Shown: one piece after another, positions 39,021-53,592 of the stretch
How the letters are laid out: every line of letters starts with the position of its first letter
Numbering within the stretch: position 1 is the stretch's first letter
NCBI RefSeq assembly: GCF_006345805.1
Contig: NC_043004.1
Location: 67,084,001-67,148,000 of the forward strand
Source: Octopus sinensis
Taxonomy: Eukaryota
Reading direction: 5' to 3'
Length of the DNA stretch: 64,000 nt
The notes under the pieces: generated by a model
Databases searched by the model: none
Seen by the model: the letters and a program-made list of their open reading frames with translations, nothing else
Told to the model about the DNA's origin: nothing
Made by a program: the position numbers and the translations under genes

Positions 39021-39619
39021 TATACATATATATTGATAATACAGAGAATAACGACTTTATGTTTATTTCCAGTTCGTTTATGCAATGTACATAAGCAATT
39101 CAGCTTAAATACAACGAACAACCTTCAGTGAGACTCCATTAAGCAGATCTTAAACAAAATCTTTTAAGCATTGGGGCTCGAGGCAGGCAATGGGTTAATA
39201 TCACCATTTATTCGGCGGTTCTCTATGAAAGTAACTATCCAGAAAGCACATATTCTACCTTACCCAGTTCTCCGATTTCTCCATTATCTATGAGCACACA
39301 CTTGTGTACAGTAATTCATACACTTTCTATTTTTGGTTTATAAGCACACGCCGATATCTATCTCTCGACAAACTCACACACACACATACGTACACATATA
39401 CATACAGGCACACGCACGCAAACATATATACACGCATGCGTATATACATATAGATAGATTACAAGACAGACAGATAGACAGACAGACAGATAGACAGACA
39501 GACAGATAGGTATATAGAGAGATAGATAGATGGAGACAAAATGAGAGAGAGCGTATTAAACGAAGAGGGAGATTGATTTTTAGACTTCAATCATGATCGC
39601 CATAGGCATTATATGTGTG

Positions 39620-39650
<31 letters not shown>

Positions 39651-40336
39651 CCCATAATGAGCAAGCTGTCGTGATTCTGATACGCAATTAAAAACTCCGG
39701 GAGAAACTAAAGTTAATGCTGTGTTCTTTTGATTCATTCTGTTCCTATTAGTTTTCAGTTATAATTCTCATTAGTTGAAAGGACCTTACAGGATTATAGA
39801 AACACGAAATTAGTTTGAACATTTTAAAGGAAAAGATCAAACTAATGCAAATCTACAAAAGGAAAACTGGAATTCCCAGAGACTTGCACACATTGTTGTC
39901 AATGAGCATGTATTGTATTTGCGATGTTGAAAGGATTAAATCGAAAAAATCCCCCAGAACCCTACTCTTCGTTTCATTTTCGCGATAATGCTCTGGATTT
40001 CAGATCAAGACGCTTGCTAATTATTATTGCACAGTAGTGAGGGAGAACAAGAACACAGAGTTATAGATATGTGTGAGTGTGTGTGTGTGGTTGTGTGGTA
40101 AGAAGCTTTCTTCCCAGCCACATGGTTCTGTGTCTAGTACCAATACGTGGTACCTTGGGCCGACCAAAGCTGTTAGACGGAATATGAAAGAAGCCCGTCT
40201 TTACACAGCATGCTACGTATGTTACTAAACACAAAATTTTATAACATTTTTCTAACATAACAACTTAAATATATTCTTTAACCTTAAAAACAAGGTTTCT
40301 GTAGTTGTTTCACTGTGTTTTTACTATTTTTATATA

Positions 40337-40382
<46 letters not shown>

Positions 40383-40437
40383 TTATATTAATATATAATA
40401 TATATATATATATATAATATATATATAATAAAATATA

Positions 40438-40473
<36 letters not shown>

Positions 40474-41193
40474 ATATATATATATATATAATATATATAT
40501 ATATACATACATATATATATACATATATATATATATACATATATATATATGTATGTATATATATATATATTATGTGTGTGTGTGTGTTTGCGTGTCTCTG
40601 TTTTCTCCCACACACCCAACATAGCTTGGCGACTGATGGTGGTGTGTTTACGTCCCCGTAACTTAGCGGTTCGGCAAAAGTGTCCGATATATATATGTGT
40701 GTGTATATCTGTGTGTATGTATATATATGTATATATAAGTTAAGCAGAGTTAGCGTATGGAATAACCGTCTAAGGGATAAGAATATCCATTTTTAATACC
40801 GATATCAATTACTTATGTTAACCCTGGGCATGCTCATAGAGTACAGATAATAACAGAATAAGCTAAAGTTATCGAGGAGTCAAATTCAAAACAAGCAGAA
40901 AATGGAGAAAACTTTTGATCAAGAAAAAACAAATTGCGCAACATCGGTTAATTATTTTATATTTAAATATAATTAATCGATGTTAGTGAATTCATTTGAT
41001 TGATTATCAATACTCTTTCTCCAGTTACTGCTTATTTAAAATTATATATATATATATATCAGTTCAGCAAAAATTAAGATTCAGATAAATATGGTACTTA
41101 AGTTAAAGGCACCAGAATTTGGTATGGAATTATCCATATAAATGAAATGGGGTGATTATAATCAAAATAAGCAACAAGGATATCCAAAGATAG

Positions 41194-41281
41194 TGTTGTA
41201 CAATCGTTTCATGCTACTTCATTTAATTAAACAATATAAGTATTACATCAGTTTTAAAATGTAAAGCACTCTTCAGCTACA
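41194..41281 (-). ncRNA. Type I hammerhead motif with extended stem II
   Basis: Minus strand reads TGTAG CTGAAGA GTGCT..59 nt total..AGCAT GAAA CGATTG TA CAACA. Confidence 0.55.
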
Positions 41282-41625
41282 TATGCAATTTTTTTAAATT
41301 ACATTAACAATGGTTAAGGCATTCTTCCTACCCCACTAGCATCAGCCCACTAACTTTAGCTAAAATACATTCAAATATACCAGAGTTAAATTCTTCATAA
41401 AAAGGTTAGATTTATGGCTCTGCCATTTAAACTTCCTCTATCTATAAATAAATAAATTCTTGTTTGTCTCCACTGAACTTTATAGAAAACCCCCTCCTCA
41501 ATGGTAAATCTAAATTTCAATGTAAACTCAGTGATAAGAAATCTACCCATGAGTAAAGATCTTCTATTATCATGTTTTTACTGATGAAATTCACCTCTCC
41601 ATCTATATACCTACCCTCTTTTTAA

Positions 41626-41713
41626 TGTGGCTGAAGAGTGCTCTACATTTTAAAACTGATGTAATAAATACATTGTTTAATTAAATGAAGTAGCATGAAA
41701 CGATTGTACGACA
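41626..41713 (+). ncRNA. Type I hammerhead motif with extended stem II
   Basis: TGTGG CTGAAGA GTGCT..AGCAT GAAA CGATTG TA CGACA. Stem II GTGCT/AGCAT. One mismatch in stem I. Confidence 0.55.
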
Positions 41714-41773
41714 CTACCTTTGGATATACTTGTTGCTTATTTTGATTATACACACACACAAACACACAACACA

Positions 41774-41881
<108 letters not shown>

Positions 41882-43823
41882 TTGTATGTTAGATACCGGC
41901 TCTTCCTCTATTGTCATAAAATCTTGAAATATAACTGAATAATGTCATACAATTCTTCCGGCTATTTGTTCCAAGCTGAAATGCTCCCAAGGTCGAATTT
42001 GCCTGGGATCCTTTTCGGTTCGGTTAAAATAAATACCAGTTGTACAGGGGTTGATGTAACCGATTTACTCCTCCAAGAATGTGCCGGCCCTGTGTCAAAA
42101 TTTGAAACCACTATTATTTGCAAATACATATGATTTTTGTGGATTTTAAGAACAAAGTAACTGTATGCTCAAACAATCATCGAATCATCGGTATTGAAAA
42201 TGGTCGGAATGGTTTCTCTATGGTAATATGCTTTTCTAATGCAAATATTCAGGAATTAACATTCAGCAATTATAAACACCTGGAGCGAAATGATCAAGTG
42301 ACCGTTACCGAATCAATAAATACCTGCTTATGTATTTCTCTCATGTCATCTGATGATATATTTATATATTTTCACCATTCATATGACTTCGTAATCCATG
42401 CGCTCTTAGTTTTGTTGCATAGTTTCCTCCGTTTCTATAATCATAAACATCACTTTAGATTTAGTACGTGCTGTCAACATAAGCGTTTCATCTGGACACG
42501 TGACATTGCGTTCTATATGGCAGTGTTGTCCATCCAACCTGAATTAATATGGAAAAGCCTAAAACTAATTGCCTGGATATTTTTCCTTGCATATAAATTT
42601 CAGTCAGACTTTCCTATGGATTTGATTTCATATCTTTTGGCATCAATTTGTCTTCACACTTAAACAAAAAGCACACAGAGATGCCAGCATTTACACATTC
42701 ATATACATACACGCGCACATATACACATACACACAGAGAAACATTCGATCATATAATGACATGGAGACTGGTGAAATGTTAACTCTTTTTCCCCAAATGA
42801 CACTCATATGCATATATATTATTTATTTGATGGAAACAAGCATTAAGTGACAATATGCAATTTTCTTTCTAAAGTATTGACAGCTATTAACCGTCTACTG
42901 AATTTATCCATTTATCAATCTGTCTACCTCTAAAATATTACATACTTAAACGCCGAAGAGTTACAAACGGGAGAAAGAGTACTAAATGCTGCTGGCAGAG
43001 TTTATATATTTAATGCTGATGAGTCGCTCCATCACTGCCATTTCAGTCGCCAAAGGCGAACGAAGAAATATATATATATATATGTATATACACATATATA
43101 AACATATTGGATCGTTCCACTTCTTGTCTCCATTTAATTTTTATATAAATATTTATGACGCGAAATTCTCTCCCTTTGTTTTACCCTCTGCACTCTCTCT
43201 CCCTCTCCCTCTTCCTCTTTTCTCTCTCTTAGCCGCGTGTCCCCCTCTTCCTTCCTTCTTTCTCACTGCCAGCCTAAAAATTTTCTTTCTTTTGCACGCT
43301 GCCTCTGCTACTGAAAAGTCATGCTTTCCACACGCTGCCACACAACATCTTTCGTCTAGCCAATACAAGGCATTTTCGTTTTTTTTTTTTTCTCATTTGT
43401 TCTCTTGTTTGCTTGATTTCCCGTATTGTATTTTCTTTTTATTTCTCGTCTTGTATTTTTTTTGTACATGTATTTTTATCTTGTATTTTATTGTGCAGTT
43501 TTATTGTTACATTGTTTTACCCCGCTGCTTGGAATTTTATTTTAATTCTCTCGCAGGAAGGCCTGGTTGACGATGTGTCCTGTCTTGCCTTCGAAACACG
43601 CATGAGTTAACTAGCGACAGCTGATGACGGTGGATTTTTCCTTGTGTAGCATGTCCTGTACTTGTTTTCTTGTTGTAAAAAATGTTTGTTTTTCCCGTTT
43701 CTACGTCTTGTTGTGGTGTCCTGTACTTACGTATATTTATTTATATATGCATGTATATATATATGTAGATGTAGGTACGTACATATATGTTTGTATGTAT
43801 GCATATATGTTTATTTATTACAT

Positions 43824-43859
<36 letters not shown>

Positions 43860-43867
<8 letters not shown>

Positions 43868-44061
43868 ACATATGTGGGAAATTCTGTCTTTGGGTGTGTT
43901 TATGGAGTCTTTAGCTAACTCCTCTGACATTGTTGTATCGATTTTGATGAAACTTGACACGTGAGTAGAACTCATGACTGGAACTGGAAAACTGACTGCA
44001 TTCTCAGATTGTTGAAAAATTGATAATACGGCCCCTGGAAGGGATCCCTGTATATATCTAG
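43860..44061 (+). mobile_element. Short Helitron/DINE-like element
   Basis: Internal ATCGATTTTGATGAAACTTGACAC, 3' imperfect hairpin and CTAG|T end. Confidence 0.4.
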
Positions 44062-44694
44062 TCTATTTCGTTTTAACAGCCAAGAGAAATAATGCAATCA
44101 TTTTCCTAAATTATTTGGTATAAATCAAATTGAGTATGCTTATTTCTTAGTATTTGAACTGTTAGAGATACTTTCGTAGTTTATACAGTACACCACTGAA
44201 ACATAAACAATAGATCTACTTATTTTGATTAGTGACATATTCTCGAATTACCAACACAAAGAATCTTTCCAGAGTCATTTACTTTGAATTGTTATAATCT
44301 CATACCTGATTACCCTGTTATTACTTAACATGCTTCACAATTTTAGTGTACATACCTCATTAGTATTTCCTCCTAAGTTTTATATACTCTGGGAATGCAT
44401 TAAATGCCTTTTCAGGGTAACTTTATTTGAATTCTTACTATCAGGTAACTAATTTCATGTTAGTACTTAACTGACTTCACAATTTGGGTATTCATAACTT
44501 ATTAGGAATTCCTAAAGACAAGATTCTCTCTAAGACAGTTGGGTATTATTTGTAAATACACAAAAACCGTTTTAAGGGCTACAAAGGGCTTTGTATTGTT
44601 ATTGGATTAGCGAAACAATTATGAGAACCGAACTAAGGAATAAGACCCGCTCTCCAGGAAATTAAGGTTATGTCAACTGGTATATATATGAATA

Positions 44695-44791
44695 GCTAGA
44701 TAGATAGATAAATAGATTGATAGACAGATAGATAGATAGAAAGCTAGACAGACAGATAGACAGATAGACAGATAGATAGATAGATAGATAG

Positions 44792-44822
<31 letters not shown>

Positions 44823-44839
44823 GATAGATAGATAGATAA

Positions 44840-44880
<41 letters not shown>

Positions 44881-44881
44881 C

Positions 44882-44958
<77 letters not shown>
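44695..44958. repeat. (GATA)n microsatellite
   Basis: Directly visible. Others at ~45820-45966 and ~55685-55805 (TATC). Confidence 0.95.
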
Positions 44959-44959
<1 letters not shown>

Positions 44960-45833
44960 GTTTTTTAGTCTTGTTTTTAGTCTATCAACCTTTGATAGGG
45001 TATTAACTTATTACATTGCATTACTGACTAAAATATAAACATCTGATCATGATATGCTGATATAAACACTTCCAAAAATATATCAACCATGAATTATATG
45101 ATTACGTTTCAAATTTAGCAATTCATATGACTATATGTCACCTCTAGCACGGTAAGATAGTTCAATGAAACAAATCCGAGCGATCAGTCAGTTAGGTTAT
45201 TTAGGGTGTTGAATAGAATTCCTGACCCGTCTGGTTTGACACTCTTCGCTCTAAGTTCAGCACCTGCTGAGATAAACTTTACCATTCATACTTTCGACAT
45301 TTTAAAATGCGAGGGAAAGCAATCGCCTCAGAATCTGTAGAAGTAGCATTTATCAAAACCGAAAAGATGGAAGACGTTGGCAGAGAGTGAACTCAGAAAA
45401 CTAATCCACAGATAAGATATTGCGAGCCAGTATAGCTGACGATTAAATGATCTTGTCAACCCCGCCTCGAGATTTCTAGGAGATAATATGTAATTAATAT
45501 ATATTGGTGCAGGCGTGGCTGTGTGGAAACACCTTTGCTTCACAACCACATGGTTCGGGGGTCAGTCCCATTGCGTAGGCAAGTGACTCCTGCTAGTCTC
45601 AGGCTGACTAAAGCCTTGTGAGGGTATTTGTTAGACGGAAATTAAAAGCCCCTTGCATATATTATATTCGTGTGCGTATATGTCTTTTTGTTTCTGTTTG
45701 TTTCATATCACCCCTTGACAACTGGTGTTGTGTACTTATATCCCCATAACTTAACTGTACGGTGAAAGGAACCGCTAGAGTAAGTACTGCGCCTTAAAAT
45801 AATAAGTACATAGATTGATAGATAGATAAATAA

Positions 45834-45878
<45 letters not shown>

Positions 45879-45879
45879 C

Positions 45880-45966
<87 letters not shown>

Positions 45967-46639
45967 CATACACGCTTCTTTGAGCGCGCGAATACACAGG
46001 ATGCACATAATACACAATATGAGAGAAAGAAAGGCAAGCAATATTCGTTCGTTCCTATAAATGCAATTCCTATTTTTCAATATTACTGATTTAAGCTAAT
46101 TATTAACGCAATATGGTCATAAGGACATGGCTCAACTGATTAAAAACAGGTACGGATCTGCAATCTGAAATACATTGCTCAGTCTTGGATATGGCTTTTA
46201 ATTGTCAAAAAAGAAAATTAAATCCAATAATCGTAAGTTGTATTTGCAGTTGTCCTTCATTACTTGCGAATGAAAACATATTGTTCGGGAGAACACTAAT
46301 CATTTGCTTCAGTTGTACGGAAATTTACGTGAATGATGGCAGAGTTCTGGAAGATGCTGTCGATTAATATTCCAGTTCGTATTTAGAAAATGTCTGTATA
46401 AGCATATGAATATCCCAGAGAAACGTTTAAGGAGATCCAGACGTCAGCAGGTCGTGATACTACAGGTCAAAGCTTGGCGACAAAATATTTATTGAAATAC
46501 ATCATTCACTTCGGATTCCGCAGGGACAGTATTTATCAGCATCTAACCAACCTCTGTCGGGGGCTTAATGTGGTAAACTAAATGGTCAGAAAAGATATTG
46601 TGAGACGGTAGTGTATGTTCCTTTTTACTCTAGCCACCA

Positions 46640-47212
46640 GACCCGAAATATCTGGGGAGCGGGGCAGTCGATTAGGTCGATCCCAGTACAAAACTGATAC
46701 TTAATTTATTAACTCCGGTAGGATGAAAGGCTAAGTCGACCTCGGCGGAATTCGAACACAGAATGTAAAGACACAGAACGTAAAGAGGAAATACTGCTAA
46801 ACGTTTCGTCCAGCGAGCTAACGTTTCTTCTTTCTTTATTGTCCACAAGGGACAAAACATAGACGAGACAAACAAGGACAGACAAAGGGGTTAAGTCGAT
46901 TACATCGACCCCAGTGCGTAACTGGTACTTAATTTATCGACCCCAAAAGGGGTGGAATTTGAACTCAGAACGTAACAGCACACGAAATACTTATTTCTTT
47001 ACTACCCACAAAGGGCCAAACACAGCGAGGACAAACAAGAACAGTAAACGGGGCAAATCGATTATAGTGCGTAACTGGTACTTAATTTATTGACCCCGAA
47101 AGGATGAAAGGCAAAGTCGATCTCGGCGGAATTTGAACTCAGAACGTAACGGCAGACAAATTACGGCTACGCATTTCGCCCGACGTGCTAACGTTTCTGC
47201 CAGCTCGCCGCT
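46640..47212 (-). mobile_element. Concatemer of SINE family D
   Basis: Three partial units with the same internal GACAAACAAG...CAGTGCGTAACTGGTACTT spacer as 16640-17040. Confidence 0.85.
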
Positions 47213-47879
47213 TTAAGACGTTAGTATACGCGACGATTTAACGACCTTGACATGTTGTCCCCATATTGTATGTAATTTTTTTTTATCACGTGCAGTCAGC
47301 ATGTCACATCTAATCATTTCCTGTTTGCCCTCGAGATACAATCCTACTACTCACACATTTCCTATTTCTAGGACATTCTATGCAGTTTCATGCAGATTTA
47401 CAATGACTTCTATTTATTTTAACTGTTTATTATTTTTTATGCCTTTACTTATTCATTTATTTATTTATTTTTAATGACAAGTATTATTTCATTTCTTATA
47501 TTTTTTTGTTTTTTCTGAAATGTCAAAAACGAAACACATTCGAAAACACTACCTGCTGGCCTCATTTAAAGGTTTACCTTAGTATATCTTTAAACATCAA
47601 AGGTGAATTCCGCATACCAGTGTGTACTTAGTGTGTACTAAGGATTGCCTTCTTTCTCACAGGGAAATATCAAAGATTGATACATGCACATAATTATAGA
47701 CAACATATTCTGTTTATGTATCCACTTCTTGAGAGAAACCCATTAAAAGCTGATTCATTTAACAATGTGTCCCATAAGTAATTCCCTTCGGCTTCAGCCT
47801 CACTCTTATCACTTTCGATGATCTAACTTCAATACACGTTTATTGATCACGCTATCGATCGTAGCAACACATTTTACTG

Positions 47880-47937
47880 CATTCATCATTGTCGACATCG
47901 TCATCGCCAAAATCATCATCACCGTCATCATCATCAA

Positions 47938-47979
<42 letters not shown>

Positions 47980-48066
47980 TATCATCATCATCATCAACGT
48001 CACCATTATCATCACCACCATCATCATCATCATCATCATCAACATCAACGTCACCATTATCATCAC

Positions 48067-48115
<49 letters not shown>

Positions 48116-48540
48116 GTCACCATCATCATCGTCATCGTCATCGTCATCATCATCATCATCGTCATCATCATCGTCACCATCATCATCATGAACATCATGA
48201 TCATGATCATCATCATCATCGTCACTATCATCATCGTCACCATCATCATCGTCATCATCATTATCAGCATCACCAACGTGGGCGTTGCTATCGTTGTCGT
48301 CATCAACATCATCATTGCCATAGGCACAAGAGTCACCGTCATTATGCTTTTATCGGTAATTTCATGATCTACAATCACCATCATCAACGCTATCACCACC
48401 ATCAGCGCCACAATCATAATCATCATCATCATCATCATCATCATCAATATCATCATGATCGTGATCATCATCAGCATCACCGTCATCATCATCTCATCGT
48501 CGTTGTCCTCGTAATGAACGTGGACATCATTATCATTATC
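47880..48540. repeat. Long degenerate (CAT)n microsatellite
   Basis: Directly visible. Source of the poly-M/I/S/H ORFs. Confidence 0.95.
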
Positions 48541-48863
48541 CCATTGTTAAAATATTTCGTAGGGAACATCGAGCTTAATCATCTAGAGATACGCATTTCC
48601 AATCATGTATGGCCACTTGTTTGTGTGTGTGTGCTTATGAGTGTGTGTGCTTATGAGTGTGTGTGTGTGTGTAAATATACGAGCGTTTATAATTCGAATA
48701 TCAATATACGCCTATAGCTGGCGGTATAACGTTGAGACTATCCCTAGGGACATGTACACACTTATACATACATAATAATGATACACATTCTGAACACCGC
48801 ACACACACACACGCATTTATATATATATATATTATATATATATATAATATATATATATATGTA

Positions 48864-48979
<116 letters not shown>

Positions 48980-48989
48980 TATATATAGA

Positions 48990-49034
<45 letters not shown>

Positions 49035-52000
49035 TATATATAATATATATATATATATGTTTATATATATATATGTGTGTGTGTATGTATGTATGTATAT
49101 ATATATACACGTACGTATATGTAAGTGCATGGATAATTACTCAGTGTGATTGTAAAATCGCCATGAAAAATAATTGAAAATTAATCAGCGGACACAGTTT
49201 GAAATATTGGGTTTTATGATACCTTCCCGAAGAAATATATATCGAGTTTTAGGAAGAAATCTTAACGAACCTATAAACCATAATCTGTTCTTGTTGACTT
49301 TTTGCTGTTTTAGCTGCTGTAACCGTTTCCCAATCTCCATCATTTTAGGTCTTTCTTCGTCGCATTTCCTTTACACGGGGAAATAATTGAAGGATAATGA
49401 TAAAGCATAAAATATACCAGCGCTAATGAAAGTCTCTCTCTATGTATAAGTGCATGTGTGTGTTTCTCTGAGATTTTGTCCACCGTCTGTCTCATCAACG
49501 ATTCGCTTGATGATAAGGAACGCAACAGGGCTCGATGACATTTGCTTTACTCTGTTGTTTACATTTCTTTTCTTTTATTTGTCTAAATGTCTTTTAACCC
49601 GGGGAGAAGATCTCCGCAGTTAGGATCATACTACGCCGAGCTCTCACCGTTGAAGTTTACCATATGCATGTGATATGCTAAAGCAAGCTGTTATCTTGGA
49701 AATCGTTTCTTTTATGTAAATTTATTATGAAATGCATGTACACGCTTTTATGAATTGCATGTATGACTAGGTTATGAGATGTATAGACAGCCAGGCTATG
49801 AAGAAGTCACTTTGGAACTATTTGCGTGTCAAATATCGACAAAATAATTATTCTCTATGAATGATCTCATTTCTAGACGTCCTGGTCATTCATAGAGAAT
49901 AATTATTCAGGATGTTTTGCATTTTATGAAGAGTATTCGCATTAAATATGTGTAGTACATAGCATTAGTATTTACTATATGATATTTCATTTAAATGGAC
50001 TGATAGAATTATGTGAGTAAGCAAAACATATTTCAAGCAAAAATTCCCACTCCTGAGGGTCAGAATTCAAACCTCCACACGTGTCATTCATATTTCCTGG
50101 CAGAATAAATTATAACAGTTCTCTAGGCTTTTCGTATCATTTCGTATCATGACTTTAAAAAATAACACACCAGCCTATGTATTAGGTTCTAGCCTTTTCA
50201 TTAGTACCGTTACATCTTTAATTGCCAAGTGTGACAATGTCCTGAGTCAAAAAGATCTTACTATGTTTTCTTCTACATCACCATGTAAAGCAAGGATCAC
50301 TTAATAGTATGCACTTAGTAATTACTTTTAGATTGTGAGTTACCTCGGACAGCTGTGTAAATATCGTTAAAAACATTCAATGTATATCTATACATTCTTT
50401 AATTATGTGAAGTGGTTCAAAGCCTGTATTATACAGCGTGGTCTATGTATCAGAGTTTTATGATATATTTCGATTTCAAGAAATAAGTTTAATGTTTCTA
50501 TTCCCAAGTAAATGGACAAAACTTGACGTAAGCCATAGAAAAACAAAGAGCGCTTCAAATAATGTACATACAACTTCTGCTGGTAATCAGTCTTATTTTT
50601 GCAACCGTAATCAGACTTCAGTACATACTATCATTCTCTCTCCCCCAACACTCACATACTCACACGCACACACCAAATAATTCTTATATGCAAATATATA
50701 GCTATATACATGTATACATGTGTATTTATAAATGTATATATATCTATATCTAGTATGTGTATATATATACATACAACACGCACACAGACACACAAACCCG
50801 TGCACACACATACGCATATGATCTCGTAGATATCTAGTGTTTTTCTATTTTTTCTTTGCTTAACGACCTTCTATAAGAATTGAAACATAAATTTATAGCA
50901 TTTCATTATTTTGGAATAATATTTGTATTACTTTGGTAGATTACACAGGGGTAGTCGTGAAGATCTATGCTTTGTTAATCACTGAATAAGCTAGAACTAT
51001 TTATATGAATGTTGTGTGTGTGTGTTTTTTTGTGTTCGTTTCTACATACAGACACAAATACGTGCGTGTATGTTTATATATACATTTATATACATATATG
51101 CTAAGCTATATCATATCTCTTATATACTTACATACATTTACATTTTGAAGAATGACGAAAGAATGAGCAATCAAAAGGTCTGTATGCAGACTATGGATAT
51201 TGATAAGCTATTTTTAAAATAATTGGAAGCTATAAATAAATATTTATTTCCCTCCTTATGAAGATTACTAAACAATAAAATAATATTGTCGTTATTCCTC
51301 CTAGATATAGATCTGCCAGGGAAAGTTTGGTGCAACACAAAGAAAAGAACTAATAACATGAAAATCAGAAAAGTAGTTTGTAAAACTTATTCTGGAAGTA
51401 AGAGGGTTATTTTGAATTTTGAATTCGAAATGGTATAGTAGTTTATAAAACAAATAGTTTAGCTAAACAATATTTGGAGGTGTTGATCGTCTACATACTA
51501 CTTTGTTAATAAGTTAATTTCGTACTCTGCAATTCAATATTTTTTATAAATTTCCAAATCATTCGGCTTAGTAATTGTAATGAAGAATTTTTACCGAAAG
51601 TAATATAAGGGAAATATGTTACAATGTGAAGAAGTATGTACAGAAAATTGTAACTTTAAGGAATATTTTCAGACAATGAAATTAAAAGATGTGAAGTTTG
51701 ATTACTAAGCATTTTTGGGTGAGTTGAGGCAAGTAATTTGCGATGTGCACTTATATTCGTGTTTTCTGCGTCTTCTTTTCTCTATTTCTTTTCAATTCCG
51801 ATTCACAGTATAATAGAATTTGGTTCAAATTAAGGCGGCGAGGCGGCAAATCATTCGTACGCCGGCCAAAATATTTAGAGACATTACGCCCGAATTTTAA
51901 TTCCTGAATTCTAATTGCGTCGAAATTGGCTGTGTTTTGATAGTTTCCGGGACGATAAAATATGTCCCGGTTGAACACTGTGATCGATATAATCGAACTA

Positions 52001-52188
52001 ACTCCACCCTTGGCATTGCTGGTCGTCTGCCAGAATTTCAAACCAATATAATGAATTTACTGACTTCAAATTATATCGAGGTCCACATAGGTTATCATCC
52101 TTTCGCGGTCGACAAAATAAGAGCTCGTTGAGCACTGGTGACAATGTCATAGACTTATCTTGCAACAACTTGCTGCCATCAGCTCAAA

Positions 52189-52273
<85 letters not shown>

Positions 52274-52326
52274 CATTATTATTATTATGTTTATTATTAT
52301 CATCATAATCATCACCGTCATCAACG

Positions 52327-52363
<37 letters not shown>

Positions 52364-52394
52364 AATTATTATTATTATTATTACTATTATTATT

Positions 52395-52948
52395 GAGTGA
52401 GAGAACAGTGCATGCCATCAGAGTGACACTCGGGTAAAATATACGAAGCCCACTATACCAATTATGACTACCCGTCTGATAAGGGTAGACCAGGCACATG
52501 CATTACAACCATATGTGCGCGACATGGTGATCGTATATCAAGATAAACAGCACATGACCTTGCAGGTGGGTCCCAGTTAGAATTTTCTTCTGATCGAGTA
52601 ACTCATCCCGCTCAAAACGTCCCTGAATAAGGGTTGTTTAATGATGTTGAACGAAACACCCATGTTTCCAGAGGTGAGTTATTCAAACCCCAAGGAATCC
52701 CTCTCAAAACATAGCTATGATGCTCCCAAACTACTTCTGCTCGAGATCAGAGATTCACATATCGTCAGCAACTAAGGAACATGCTCAACAGGTTATGGTC
52801 AAACAACAGACAAGCAAATCTGTGGTATTGAGCAGGACATTTGCTGTAGCCCATCTTTTATACCAAGACAAAACAGTGTACATGATAACAGTTCCAATCA
52901 GTTAAGATCAGAAACCACGAGAGCCACTGCCTAGTAGTGCATCAGGGC
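52395..52948 (-). mobile_element. Element E, full-length copy flanked by (ATT)n on both sides
   Basis: Colinear with 30230-30785. Defined ends GCCCTGATGCA... and ...CTCTCACTC(AAT)n. Confidence 0.85.
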
Positions 52949-53530
52949 ATTTTATTATTATTATTATTATTATTATTAGTAGTAGTAGTAGTAGTAGTAG
53001 TATTATCATTATTATTATTATTATCATCATCATCATCATGATCATCATTCACGAACATCAAGTTTTGCGACGAGAATATGGGTAAATATATTTCGTATTC
53101 TTCAGAGATGATGAATAATGTCAGGAACGATCAAGGAATAGAAAACAGTGCGAGAATTGTGTATTTATGTGATTACAAGTATTACTTTATCGATCTATGT
53201 ATTAAATGTCTGATTATTTTGTAATTGCAATGTCTACTCGGAAGGAATATATGCGTCTTATTTATTGCAGTTCATAGCAAGCAAGAAATATATATATATA
53301 ATTTTTTCCTTTCACTCTTGCTTGGTTCCATAATTGGTCTACGACCATGCTGGGAAACTCATCGATCACGCTAATCGAACAATTCTACGCCACTTCTTTG
53401 AAAATTTTTTTTTTTATTCTGGTCGCACTTTTTACCGGAAGCGATAATTTATGGCGAAGTAGGCAATGCAACACGCAAACGATAGCACGAAATACGGAAA
53501 GCAGAAAAGCACAGCCACATGTATACATAT

Positions 53531-53575
<45 letters not shown>

Positions 53576-53592
53576 ATGTATATATATATATA

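Larger units (their letters stand above)
41157..41750. mobile_element. PLE-derived element with ~125-bp inverted terminal repeats, each containing an outward-facing hammerhead
   Basis: 41157-41282 is the reverse complement of 41625-41750, with a few substitutions. Confidence 0.85.

Noticed and set aside
42118-42663. 181-aa plus-strand ORF
   Set aside because: Non-ATG start adjoining a SINE tail, no recognisable motif, and composition typical of AT-rich non-coding DNA.
42986-43570. 194-aa F/L/S-rich ORF
   Set aside because: Pyrimidine-rich low-complexity sequence.
43560-43625. Hammerhead-like TTGACGA...GAAAC and a nearby CTGATGA
   Set aside because: No stem II pairing, inconsistent cleavage-site register, and the second core lacks a downstream GAAA.
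47809-48492. 227-aa poly-Met ORF and overlapping poly-I/S/H ORFs
   Set aside because: (CAT)n microsatellite.
52900-52948. HDV-like ribozyme at the 5' end of element E
   Set aside because: Only a P1-like helix is seen. No convincing P3/L3, P1.1 or J4/2 could be assigned by eye.
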